DNA of 62,326 nucleotides, the filler included. It is 4 parts of 4 records of this genome, joined end to end, with 100 filler letters (N's around TTAATTAATTAA, not from the genome) between each part and the next. Parts side by side here need not be neighbours in the genome. Positions count along the whole stretch, not along the records: positions 11,356 to 25,665 come from SRR31156797_6804; positions 25,766 to 31,486 come from SRR31156797_6817; 2 more parts are not named here. One strand, given 5' to 3'. Positions within the stretch are counted from its first letter, which is position 1; every line of letters begins with the position of its first letter. Positions 19,586-29,652 of this stretch are shown in pieces. The translations under genes and the position numbers were made by a program. Below the pieces are notes generated by a model. It was not told where the DNA came from, did no database searches, and was given only the letters and a program-made list of their open reading frames with translations.

Positions 19586-20431
19586 ATGAAAAATTACCTT
19601 GCTCCAGAAGAGCTGGCAACAGCTTTGGTATCTTGGGGAGAAAACAAAGCCCGCAAATCAGCCTTACAGCTCATCCTGCTCGGCTTTCTTGCTGGAGCCT
19701 ATATCGGTTTTGCCGCACACCTGGCGACAGTTGTTGGAACCGGAGCTTTTGCCTGGATCGGACTAAAAAAATTTTTCATCGGTGCCGTCTTCAGCGTCGG
19801 CCTGATGCTGGTGGTCATCCCCGGTTCTGAGCTTTGAACCGGTAACACCATGATGACAACAGCCTTGCTCGATAGAAAAATCACCTTTACCCAGATGATG
19901 CGAAACTGGTGCTGGGTCTATCTTGGAAATTTGCTGGGATCCATTTTTCTGGCCTGGATGATTGTCTCTCAGACCGGGCTTATGGATGGAGCTTTCGGTG
20001 CAACCGCATTACAGATAGCGACGGCGAAGGTAACGACAGAAGTTGCCGGCAGTACGCACAATGTCGCCTACTTCTTCCGCGCCATCGGCTGTAACTGGCT
20101 TGTCTGCCTGGCTGTTTTACTAGCCATGTCGGCGCAAGAAATCAGCGGTAAAGTTCTTGGCATTTTCTTCCCGATCATGGCCTTTGTCGCTGCTGGCTTT
20201 GAACACGCCGTCGCCAACATGTACTTCATCCCGGCTGGAATCTTTGCCAAGCAGTTACAGTCTGCCGTGACAGCTTCGGCCCTTGACACTGCACTACTCG
20301 ACCAACTCAACTGGATTAGCATGTGGCACAGTAATCTGATTTCGGTCACTCTCGGAAACTTTGTCGGTGGAGGGATCTTCGTTGGAGCTGCCTATTGGTT
20401 GGTCTATCTACGTAAAGGCAAAACCCGCTAG
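19586..20431 (+). pseudogene. Formate/nitrite transporter (FNT family) with one in-frame TGA at 19835-19837 (pseudogene, readthrough or error)
   Basis: [40 protein letters not shown] and VTLGNFVGG. Both halves share a frame and join to 281 aa. Confidence 0.85.
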
Positions 20432-20609
20432 TTAAAAAGATAAGAACCGTTGAAAATGACCATATGGGAGACAATTGCAACGAAGGTTTTATCTTTCAGG
20501 GAGGCAGTCGGTGGAAATATCAATAACTGTATGATAAAAGATACATTGGTGCACTGGATAGCGTGAGTCTTTTTAGAATTGTATACCGAAAATTAGTTTG
20601 AGATGAATT

Positions 20610-21224
20610 ATGAATAATATTCAGGAAAAAGATTGGGCAGAAGATGACTGGAGTGGTCACACGGGGATTGACAGTGACTCTTACTACTGCACCAGTCCAA
20701 TTGTAGACGATGGCAAGAAAACGGAAAAAGATGCTTCAAGTGAACATTCCGCTCAGCAACCTTTTACTATACACTATGAATTCATTCGCAGGGGAGAGGC
20801 TGAAATTGAATTTAGTTTTCAAAAAAATAAAATGCCGGTTAGGGCATTGTTTTTGACTGATCCTCTCCTTGATTTAACAGAATCCGCCCTGCAATTACAT
20901 AAAGGAGCCCTAAAGTACTCCGTGGTGTTTATAGATAATAACGGTGAGCACCAACTTGTTTTAAAGCGGGAACAAGAAAGGGAGCTTGCCTTTGAAATCA
21001 GACGGTTTGAAAAAGGGGATAACGTGGGTCAAAATCCGCTTAATTCTTACACGGTCGCTTTCAAGGGAAGTACTACTGTAGATACCTATTGCCTCCAAAT
21101 TCTTAAAACATTAAAAAAAATTGACCAAGAGATAGGTGCAGATCAATACAAAAAGAAATGGATTAATGCTGAGTTCCCTAGCGAAGCCTATTGTAGGTTG
21201 CAAATGGAACAGACGCTTCACTGA
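20610..21224 (+). CDS. Hypothetical protein
   Basis: 204-aa ORF, no family recognised. Confidence 0.6.
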   Translation: MNNIQEKDWAEDDWSGHTGIDSDSYYCTSPIVDDGKKTEKDASSEHSAQQPFTIHYEFIRRGEAEIEFSFQKNKMPVRALFLTDPLLDLTESALQLHKGALKYSVVFIDNNGEHQLVLKREQERELAFEIRRFEKGDNVGQNPLNSYTVAFKGSTTVDTYCLQILKTLKKIDQEIGADQYKKKWINAEFPSEAYCRLQMEQTLH

Positions 21225-21263
21225 TTATAAGATGTACAGAGAAAGGTAAATTTTGCTGAAACT

Positions 21264-21295
21264 AAAAAAGGCAGGAGCTGCTAAGCTCCTACCTT
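21264..21295 (-). terminator. Rho-independent terminator
   Basis: Minus strand AAGGTAGGAGC-TTAGCA-GCTCCTGCCTT followed by TTTT. Confidence 0.65.
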
Positions 21296-21474
21296 GATAT
21301 CGGTTTATAGAAACAAAATTACCATTTCTTTCTTGTTAGCCGGGAACCAGCAAGAGCAGTTATGCCCAATCCCAAGCACCAAAACAGAAAAACTGTTGCC
21401 AGTAACAATTTTGGGGATTGAGTTGTAACCGAGGCAAGTCGAATGTTTCAAATCTGCTTGCTTACTTGTTACGG

Positions 21475-21795
21475 CTAATAACAAATCCACTTGAGCTCTT
21501 CCCCAGTCTCGGCATCACGGATCATGGTGCTACCCCGACCGGTGCTCTTTTCCACCACAACGACCGCCAGCTCTTCGACCCCGTTGTTGTTTAAGTCGGC
21601 AACCGTGGTCAGTTCCATGGTCATCCAATCCTTGTTGAGGTAGTAGATGGAGTTGAGCACCTCCCTGGTTTCACTGTCCATGACCTTGCCCCTTACTGAA
21701 CCGTTTTCCTTATTCACAGCCAGAATCGCCAATTCGTCGGTGCCGTTTCCATTCATGTCGGCCAGGGTCGAAATTGCCTTGGGGCTCCACAGGTC
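21475..21795 (-). pseudogene. C-terminal remnant of an FG-GAP/VCBS-like repeat protein
   Basis: Two repeats, ADMNGNGTDELAIL and ADLNNNGVEELAVV. The frame is closed by stops a few codons upstream and has no signal peptide. Confidence 0.6.
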
Positions 21796-21875
21796 ATTAC
21801 ATCGAGAAGCCGTTTATTATTGGTGCTTTTCATCTGTCTGTCCTACAATATTCAAGAGTTAGTTTAAAATCGTAA

Positions 21876-23183
21876 GTGACAAGGGTAAACAATCCCCCCA
21901 AGAGGAACTTTGTGCAAAATATTCTGCTAGTGGAAGACAGCAATATGTTTGGAAAGATTGCTAAAAGGAAAATCGAAAAAGTTTTTAATGTTCCGGTTTT
22001 CTGGGCTAAATCCCTTGCTGAAACGGAAAAACTATTACAAGGGGGAAAGGGCTCATTTTCCATGGCATTGCTTGACGTCAACCTTCCGGATGCTCCCAAC
22101 GGGGAAGTAATAGATCGAGTCGTTAAGGAAGGAATTTCATCCCTCGTGTTTACTTCCAACGTGAGTGATGATGTGCGAAACATAGTCTGGTCCAAAAAAG
22201 TGGCAGACTACATCCTCAAGGAAGACCCTAACAGCCTGGAATACATTGTCAGTACAATGCAGCAGCTGGAGAATAATCATGAACACCTGATCCTAGTGGT
22301 TGATGACTCTTCCATTTACAGAACCATGTTATCTGAGCTGCTATACATTCGTAAATACAGGGTCATCAATGCTAGTAGTGGTGAAGGGGCGCTCGACATC
22401 CTGGACAAGCATCCGGAAATAAAACTTGTTATCACCGATTACAACATGCCAGGCACGAACGGAGCCAGTCTCTGTCAGAAAATACGAGAAAAAAGGAAGT
22501 CCGACCAGCTGGCTATTATCGGAGTTTCCTCTGAAGATGACTCGTCCCTTGGTGCCCGTTTCTTAAAAAGCGGTGCTGATGATTTTATTGTTAAAGGCGG
22601 CTTTTTGGTTGAAGAATTTTACAGCCGGGTGCAAAGGTGCCTGAAACAGGTCGATTTGTTCCAGCAGATACGGGACAGTGCCATCAAGGATTTCCTCACC
22701 GGCCTGCATAATAGAAGATACTTTTTCGAAGCCGGCACTGAATTGGTTTCCCAATGCGAGCTCCAAGGAGCACCATTGTATTGTGCCATCATTGATATTG
22801 ATAATTTCAAAAGCGTAAATGAAACCTACGGCCACGATGCTGGTGACATTGTGATAAAAATAGTTGCTCAGGCCATGCAGGAGCTGGGCAAAGAGGAGGA
22901 GATTGTTGCCCGAATTGGTGGTGAGGAATTTTGTTTGCTTGGACCAATCGCGTCGGTGGACGAAGGGCTTGAACAATGTGAGAAACTGAGACAACACATC
23001 GCAACAATGCCTATTGCGATAGGTGGTGGTGAAGGGGAAATTTTAAACGTAAGTATCAGTATCGGGGTATGCTTTGCTTTTGGAGGAAACCTGGATTACC
23101 TGACCAAAAAAGCAGATGAGTGTCTGTATAGAGCAAAGCAAAACGGTAAAAACAGAGTGGAGTTTGTACGGGATAAGCAGTAA
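21876..23183 (+). CDS. Response-regulator diguanylate cyclase (REC-REC-GGDEF)
   Basis: ILLVED, ILVVDD...ITDYNMP, DFLTGLHNRR, DIDNFKSVNETYGHDAGD and RIGGEEF. Confidence 0.93.
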   Translation: MTRVNNPPKRNFVQNILLVEDSNMFGKIAKRKIEKVFNVPVFWAKSLAETEKLLQGGKGSFSMALLDVNLPDAPNGEVIDRVVKEGISSLVFTSNVSDDVRNIVWSKKVADYILKEDPNSLEYIVSTMQQLENNHEHLILVVDDSSIYRTMLSELLYIRKYRVINASSGEGALDILDKHPEIKLVITDYNMPGTNGASLCQKIREKRKSDQLAIIGVSSEDDSSLGARFLKSGADDFIVKGGFLVEEFYSRVQRCLKQVDLFQQIRDSAIKDFLTGLHNRRYFFEAGTELVSQCELQGAPLYCAIIDIDNFKSVNETYGHDAGDIVIKIVAQAMQELGKEEEIVARIGGEEFCLLGPIASVDEGLEQCEKLRQHIATMPIAIGGGEGEILNVSISIGVCFAFGGNLDYLTKKADECLYRAKQNGKNRVEFVRDKQ

Positions 23184-23590
23184 TAATTGACAGATAAGCT
23201 TCACGATGAACAGACGCTCGGACCGGAAAAAACCAACAATTTTATAAGATTCACCTCAAAATGGAAATGTCTTCCAGGCAAAGTCGAGATATTCCTGGAA
23301 GATGTTCGCTCTTTTTCAAGAGTGATTTGTTACGTATAATCAGGAAAGATATTGGCCAGCAGCTCACGCAAAATTGCTACGCATACACAACAGCCATCTT
23401 GTCAGGAAAATTGCTGTTACACCAACCCTCCCATTGCACATTTTAGCTTACCCTTAACCACATCTCCCGTATTATCCTTGCCAAAACAACATAAACTGGA
23501 TACGCTAACCTACTGAACATAGTCTATTATTCCCACCCACAGGCACTCCATCTGTTTTCAAAAAAATATCAAGAAGAACTAAAAAAAGTC

Positions 23591-25372
23591 ATGCAAAAGT
23601 GTTCAAAAATCATCCTTTTTTTATTTATTTTACTGCTTGCTTCCTCTGCCTATGCAGGGGGGAGCGCCCCTGCCTCGCATGAGGTCGCAGTTAATTTTCC
23701 GCCGAGCTTTGCAAGTTATCATGATGCTGATATTGAAGGTATAGTGGCAATTCTTAAACATCGCATCAGTCATACTCCGTTTAATCTCGTGGCGAGCCTC
23801 ATTTTTCTGGCTGCTATCTTTCATACATTTCTAAGCTCGCGGTTTCTTTATTATGCACATAAATGGAAGGCAGAGCACCAAAAAGAGATCGAGGCAGGCC
23901 GTGAATCAGAAAACTCCACCCACCTCCTTGCAGAGATTTTTCATTTTCTAGGTGAGGTTGAGGTTGTTTTTGGTCTTTGGGCTGTGGCACTGACCGCTGC
24001 TGTTATTCTTTTCTATGACTGGCATACCTTTATCACTTATGTAAACGGAGTCAATTACACAGAGCCTATGTTTGTGGTGGTTATCATGACACTGGCATCT
24101 TCCCGTCCGATTCTGAAACTTTCCGAAAATATGATGAGTCGCATAGCGGCTGTTTTTAAGAGTACATTGGCTTCCTGGTGGTTGACCATCATAACCTTGG
24201 GGCCGATTCTGGGTTCTTTCATTACAGAACCGGCAGCCATGACAATTTCTGCTATGCTTTTGGCTGAAAAATTTTACGAATTAAAGCCGAGCAACAAATT
24301 CAAATATGCCACCATTGCCCTGCTTTTTGTCAATGTTTCTGTAGGTGGAACGCTTACCCATTTTGCCGCACCACCGGTCCTTATGGTGGCGACAGCCTGG
24401 GACTGGAGCCTTCCCTTCATGTTCAACACTTTTGGCTGGAAGGCAGTCATTGGTATTCTTATCTCCAATGCCATAGTTTTTTTAGTGTTTAAAAAAGAAA
24501 TTGTCAGTCTGGAAATAAAATTTAAGCTGTCTCAGCTCAAAAATGAAATCAGAGAAAAATATATCCACAGCGCTTTTCTAAAAAAAGATTTAAAGATGGC
24601 CGAGGAACGTATCGGACATGATTTACAGCAAGAGTTTAAACGAATTAAGCATGCCGCCAAAGAGTCTACTTTGACAGCGTGTAGTTGCCTCGATAGAGCA
24701 GATTGCACTCTACTTGAAGAGACTTTTGAGCAGGAATTTGAAGATCTCAAGATCCAGCAGATGAGTGTCTCTGTACCGGGTTTACTCCCCAGAGATAAGA
24801 GGCCAAAACTGAGTGACCCCAACTGGGACAAACGCTACGGCGATGTTCCTGGTTGGATTACAGCCGTCCATGTGGCCTTTATGGTCTGGACAATTATTAA
24901 TGCCCATCATCCAGCCATCTTTGTTTCCGGGTTACTCTTTTTTATCGGCTTTGCCCATGTTACATGGCCCTTCCAGAATACGGTTAACCTGAAACCACCT
25001 ATGTTGGTAGGCTTTTTTCTGGGCGGCTTGGTGATACACGGCGGAATGCAGGGGTGGTGGATTGCTCCGGTACTTGGCAGCCTAGATGAACTTCCTCTCA
25101 TGTTGAGCGCAACGCTGCTCACAGCCTTTAACGATAATGCCGCCATAACCTATCTCAGTACTCTGGTGCCGGGTTTCACCGATAGTCTTAAATACGCAGT
25201 GGTCGCAGGTGCGGTTACCGGCGGCGGTCTTACGGTGATTGCTAATGCCCCAAATCCAGCAGGACAGGCACTATTGAAAAACTATTTCAGCAACGGCATC
25301 TCCCCGGTGCTCCTACTGGCTTATGCTTTGATACCCACAATAATTATGGCCCTTTGTTTTCTATTCTTATAG
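23591..25372 (+). CDS. Putative Na+/H+ antiporter (DUF1504-type) with internal soluble insertion
   Basis: HFLGEVEVVFGLW, GSFITEPAAMT, GGTLTHFAAPPVLM, DNAAITYL and GGGLTVIANAPNPAG. Confidence 0.85.
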   Translation: MQKCSKIILFLFILLLASSAYAGGSAPASHEVAVNFPPSFASYHDADIEGIVAILKHRISHTPFNLVASLIFLAAIFHTFLSSRFLYYAHKWKAEHQKEIEAGRESENSTHLLAEIFHFLGEVEVVFGLWAVALTAAVILFYDWHTFITYVNGVNYTEPMFVVVIMTLASSRPILKLSENMMSRIAAVFKSTLASWWLTIITLGPILGSFITEPAAMTISAMLLAEKFYELKPSNKFKYATIALLFVNVSVGGTLTHFAAPPVLMVATAWDWSLPFMFNTFGWKAVIGILISNAIVFLVFKKEIVSLEIKFKLSQLKNEIREKYIHSAFLKKDLKMAEERIGHDLQQEFKRIKHAAKESTLTACSCLDRADCTLLEETFEQEFEDLKIQQMSVSVPGLLPRDKRPKLSDPNWDKRYGDVPGWITAVHVAFMVWTIINAHHPAIFVSGLLFFIGFAHVTWPFQNTVNLKPPMLVGFFLGGLVIHGGMQGWWIAPVLGSLDELPLMLSATLLTAFNDNAAITYLSTLVPGFTDSLKYAVVAGAVTGGGLTVIANAPNPAGQALLKNYFSNGISPVLLLAYALIPTIIMALCFLFL

Positions 25373-25638
25373 CCACGAGTAAGAAGGCTTGAGGAAACAT
25401 CTCTCCTCTCAGTTGTGACTTAGTGGAAATATGTTGCCTTTTAAAAAAACGACTTCCGGGGACATAGTGTAAACGAAATGAGTCAAGCAAAGATTTGCCT
25501 CCTTTAGTCTGATTTTCTTGATCAACTCTGTGTCTTGACTCGATTCTCGCAATAATTATATTATTCGGCGTGTCCAGTTAAAGGCTTTCCTGGAATCTTT
25601 TCGCAACCTATTATTACGTAAACCTTGAGGTGAAGAAT

Positions 25639-25665
25639 ATGAAAAAGGAAACGTATCGAGAACAA
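25639..25665 (+). CDS. 5' end of an unidentified gene (contig break)
   Basis: GAGGTGA RBS then ATG AAA AAG GAA ACG TAT CGA GAA CAA. A sigma70-like TTGACT (25535) / TATATT (25557) pair lies upstream. Confidence 0.4.
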
Positions 25666-25765
25666 NNNNNNNNNNNNNNNNNNNNNNNNNNNNNNNNNNN
25701 NNNNNNNNNTTAATTAATTAANNNNNNNNNNNNNNNNNNNNNNNNNNNNNNNNNNNNNNNNNNNN
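25666..25765. other. Artificial contig spacer
   Basis: N-run containing TTAATTAATTAA. Confidence 0.99.
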
Positions 25766-25788
25766 TTTATGGTGAAGATTATGGAATG

Positions 25789-25938
25789 TAAATTTCGGCC
25801 TTGATCATCCTTTAGTCCACTTGATAATTTCAAGTGCTGATCAGATAGTGAAAACCTTTAAAATCATGCGGCTTTCATATCGATTTCCATAATGTCCAAA
25901 TCAAAAATGGACCAAAGGATGATCAAGGCCGAAATTTA
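25789..25938. mobile_element. MITE-like element with 31-bp terminal inverted repeats
   Basis: TAAATTTCGGCCTTGATCATCCTTTAGTCCA (25789-25819) against its inverse at 25908-25938, one mismatch. The terminal TA on each side could be a target-site duplication. Confidence 0.65.
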
Positions 25939-26252
25939 TCGTTTGCCCAGGTTTTAAATAATTTGACATTTAAGGGGATAGATGAAATGCCCTCAAAGTG
26001 TGAATCGCTCAAGTTCACAAAGGAGAGACTTTCATGAATAACAATTCAAGCTTGTCCCTCATTTAATAATTGACCTGGCCTCAATTATTTTTCAGGGACT
26101 TGATGGTCAAAACTATTAATAATAGTCCGGACCTTTGAATTTAGCTTCGGGGAGATTTCATTTTTGATATAATCCACAGTCAGGTATTTCCTTATAGCGT
26201 TTTCTAGCATAGAGGGATCTGCCTAAATAGCAGTCTGATGTGTGGAGGATTT

Positions 26253-28340
26253 TCATGGGGAATCCTCCACATTTGTCCCCGCATGACTATCGTTATCAAG
26301 CTCCGACGGGGTTTTCATTTGCCAGTCATCGACAATCTGTTGCCAGTTAATATTTCGATTAACCACATTACCATCAGAGTCTTTGCCAGACCAGACATCC
26401 CAAAAATCAGGGTCATCAGAATGTGGCCTTTCATTATCTGCCAAGTCACTCATCCGAACCATGATTGGCAACTCAGCTGCCCATCCCAAAAGAATGGCCT
26501 GTTGAGAAGGGAGAGACGGAAGTTCTCGAAGAAGGCCGCGCAAGTTATCTGGAACCAAACGATGAATTAAATCCTGATCTCGGTCATTGCTTATGCGGTG
26601 CAAAAGAAAACTGTTGCATTGCGATAATACCGTTGGTGAAAGCTCAGATGGGCGTTGTGACGATAGAACCAAACCCAAGCCAAATTTACGACCTTCACGG
26701 GCAATTTTTTCAAAAATTTGGGTGCATATAGAAGCTGCGTTTTGATTTTCTGCATCTTCCTTATATCGCTTAACGAAAGTATGCGCTTCTTCCATTACCA
26801 AGACTGTAGGTAGTGATTTATCATTTTGCTTCCGATATCGCTGCAACGCCTCAAAGCTCATACGGGCAATGACCGATGTGATGATATGCACTATTTCTGC
26901 GGGAACCAGAGACAGGTCAATTATCGTGACGCAACCATCTTCCGCTTTATTCTTACCGATGTAACTTCCAAGCCATTGCTCCAGCGAAATATCAACCGAG
27001 TCACCGATGATGTTTTTCATACGAGTATCAGCAAGTATGGTGCGAATGCGGGCTAACAGGAATTCAATGTATTGTTCATTGCCTGTTTCCTGGGCCAACG
27101 CTTCTAAAAATTTGACAAAAACTTCTCCTCTGAACTTGACGGGTATATCTTCATTTTTGGGAAGAAGGTCCTGCTCAGTTCCGCCAAATGCTCTAAATGC
27201 TGATGATAAATTAGCTATGATTGCAGATATCTCATCTGTAGTAGACTCATAAGTTGGATATTGGCCAGTTCGTGCATTTTTATAGTTAGTCAGAGAATTC
27301 GCAATTTCATCTAATCTTGTATCAGTTCCTTGCAGTTTCCCCTTAAATGAATCAATGCTATCAGACCACTTACACATCTTTTCGTAAAAATTTTTTGGTC
27401 TAGGGAACGACCCCCAGGGATTACCGGAGGACTGATCACTTCTTAATGAGATACTTACAGTCCCAAGAAATCGTTTGATTTGAATGTCAAGCTGCTCTCT
27501 AAGCTTGAACTCTTCATTACGCATAGAGCGTAAAGCCTGTTTTAGCAATGGCACTTGAGCTCGGGCACTGGCTTGTGTGAACGAACACCACTCTAAGCTA
27601 TTCCAAAACCAGAGTGGTACCTGAAGTGATTTGCTGTCCCCTCCAACCTGGAAAACACGTCCTTTATCCTTGAATACTTTAGCGTATTCACCATTGGGAT
27701 CGAGAATGATGAATCGTGCATTTGGGTTTTCACCTTCCGACCTTGCCGCAGCGAGTGACCACTGGATCAACCCCGCTACCGAGCAGGATTTTCCGCTACC
27801 CGTATTTCCTATAACAGCCAAGTGGCGGCCAAACAACCGATCAGGATCAATACAAACTTCCGCATTTGCAGCCAAAGGGCTGGTTCCTATTTTTACTCGC
27901 CGATTTTCACCGGACTCCACAATTGAATGCAATTGCTCATCAGTCGGGATAAGAACCGGCTCGCCTACACTTGGAAAGGTCTGCACGCCTCGTTGAAATT
28001 GAAACTCGTTTCCGTTTTTCTTTAGCAACCCCAGAGGATTTACCCGCATTTTCCGCAAGGGAAATGGCAGATCAACCAAACCGTAGTCAGCAAACCCCTT
28101 ACGTTTTGGGAACGGAGAACGCTCAACCGCAATCCACTCCACTTGAGCAACGATATGTCCAGCTTCGGTGGTAATGAGCACATAGCTGTTGATTCTGGGA
28201 AATGCTCGTGGCACACCTGCATTCGCCGCAATGCCATCGGGAGCTTCAAGGTCGAGGCCCACTTTGATCTCGTCCGGTGCAACAAATTCAACGGCTCCAA
28301 TTCTTAATGAAGCACTGTGTTCAATTGGAGAAATGCTCAT
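26253..28340 (-). CDS. herA: HerA/DUF87-family ATPase (Sir2-HerA defence system)
   Basis: N-terminal HAS-barrel-like region, RHLAVIGNTGSGKS Walker A, DPNGEY, VMEEAH Walker B, IAREGRKFG and SSQRPSE. Confidence 0.9.
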   Translation of the reverse strand: MSISPIEHSASLRIGAVEFVAPDEIKVGLDLEAPDGIAANAGVPRAFPRINSYVLITTEAGHIVAQVEWIAVERSPFPKRKGFADYGLVDLPFPLRKMRVNPLGLLKKNGNEFQFQRGVQTFPSVGEPVLIPTDEQLHSIVESGENRRVKIGTSPLAANAEVCIDPDRLFGRHLAVIGNTGSGKSCSVAGLIQWSLAAARSEGENPNARFIILDPNGEYAKVFKDKGRVFQVGGDSKSLQVPLWFWNSLEWCSFTQASARAQVPLLKQALRSMRNEEFKLREQLDIQIKRFLGTVSISLRSDQSSGNPWGSFPRPKNFYEKMCKWSDSIDSFKGKLQGTDTRLDEIANSLTNYKNARTGQYPTYESTTDEISAIIANLSSAFRAFGGTEQDLLPKNEDIPVKFRGEVFVKFLEALAQETGNEQYIEFLLARIRTILADTRMKNIIGDSVDISLEQWLGSYIGKNKAEDGCVTIIDLSLVPAEIVHIITSVIARMSFEALQRYRKQNDKSLPTVLVMEEAHTFVKRYKEDAENQNAASICTQIFEKIAREGRKFGLGLVLSSQRPSELSPTVLSQCNSFLLHRISNDRDQDLIHRLVPDNLRGLLRELPSLPSQQAILLGWAAELPIMVRMSDLADNERPHSDDPDFWDVWSGKDSDGNVVNRNINWQQIVDDWQMKTPSELDNDSHAGTNVEDSP

Positions 28341-29632
28341 AAATCGTCATCTCCTGTATTGTTTGCTTGGGGAGCAACCATTCCACGCGCCTTGAGTAAT
28401 TCGGCCATTTTAACGGTTGTTCGGTCAATGGCAGGTTTCGGCAAATAGTAATCAACCAAGGTTTTCAAGTCGCCAAAGTGACTGCCGATTAACAATGAAA
28501 TCTGAGCAGGCCGTTTCAGTTTTTCGTAAAACCTCTTGATCCGATCCCCTTCATCAGACCAGCTGATAATCACCAGATGGGTTGAAGGAATGGTCAGCAT
28601 GTCTTCAATTACACGATTGATATGTTGGTCTCCAAAGCTGTAGCCATACAAAACCAAAGTTGAATTTGGGCGGCAAACTGTTGATGCCAGATCACGAAAC
28701 AGCTCCACATATGGATACTCTGACGTTTCCCTGTCCTTGGCTGCGTTCGGGTAAATCATCAAAGTGTCATTAGGGTTGGAATATTTCTCGATGGAATCAG
28801 CACCATAAGGCAGAGCAACACGTCGTACAACATCATCACACATTGCCCAGTCAAGTGATCCATGCAATTTGGTAAATTGAACCACTCCCTCCAAATAGCG
28901 TGGTTCTCCACGTATTCCCGGTGGATTGTAGTGCATGTCCACCTCCACACGCGATGAACGGAAAACAGGGTTGATGGTGCCGACAAAACGATCTATCAAC
29001 CGAATTCCGGCCAACTCTGCACCATATTCAATTATCCGGTCGTAATTAGTCGTGAAAATATTCAGCCGCTCACGGGTTGCGGAGCGACTAGCAAAACTTA
29101 CAAGAAAATTCATCAGATATTCAGGCGCTTGTTCTGAGCTGGCCGTGGTAATATTGCGTTCACATTCCAAAACAGCATCTCCAAAATCTTTTATCCCTTG
29201 CTGAAGTTCATCCTTGAACTTGTTGAGTTCTTTGCCCAGTTTTCCTGAACCATATACGTCCTTATTGATGTAGATTTCGAGCCCCTTTATTAACTCATTG
29301 GCAACCCGAATCTGATCTTCAATGTTTGTACTCCCACGCCCGGAATTCTCTGCGGATTCTTTGCTGGCTTTTTTGACCTGTTCTTTGAAGACAGAAAAAT
29401 CAATTTCTGCCATTCCGGCACCTGCTTCATTTTTCGCCAACCAATGTACCGCCGAAGAAATACCTGCACCCATCAGAAGGGATAAATGTTCACTTTGAAA
29501 CAAAGCCGTCAGCCAGGGTTCAATCTCCTTGCGGAGTTTATCTGCTTCCGGTTCGTCTACAATCTGAGGGATGCGTTGTTCGCGGACTTTGTAAGCATGC
29601 TTATCTTTCCAACTGGTCAATTCATCATTCAT
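28337..29632 (-). CDS. SIR2-like NADase (Sir2-HerA defence system)
   Basis: MGAGIS, FTTNYD, KLHGSLDW and GYSFGDQHIN. ATGA overlap with herA. Confidence 0.9.
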   Translation of the reverse strand: MNDELTSWKDKHAYKVREQRIPQIVDEPEADKLRKEIEPWLTALFQSEHLSLLMGAGISSAVHWLAKNEAGAGMAEIDFSVFKEQVKKASKESAENSGRGSTNIEDQIRVANELIKGLEIYINKDVYGSGKLGKELNKFKDELQQGIKDFGDAVLECERNITTASSEQAPEYLMNFLVSFASRSATRERLNIFTTNYDRIIEYGAELAGIRLIDRFVGTINPVFRSSRVEVDMHYNPPGIRGEPRYLEGVVQFTKLHGSLDWAMCDDVVRRVALPYGADSIEKYSNPNDTLMIYPNAAKDRETSEYPYVELFRDLASTVCRPNSTLVLYGYSFGDQHINRVIEDMLTIPSTHLVIISWSDEGDRIKRFYEKLKRPAQISLLIGSHFGDLKTLVDYYLPKPAIDRTTVKMAELLKARGMVAPQANNTGDDDL

Positions 29633-29652
29633 TGTCCCATTCTCCCTTTGAA

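Noticed and set aside
19835-19837. Genome-wide TGA reassignment (genetic code 4 or 25)
   Set aside because: Other genes on the contig end normally at TGA (19319, 21224) and no other gene is interrupted.
25960-26090. Weak inverted similarity (AAGGGGATAG vs CTTGTCCCTC, TTGACCTGGCC) after herA
   Set aside because: Too degenerate to call a repeat or recombination site.
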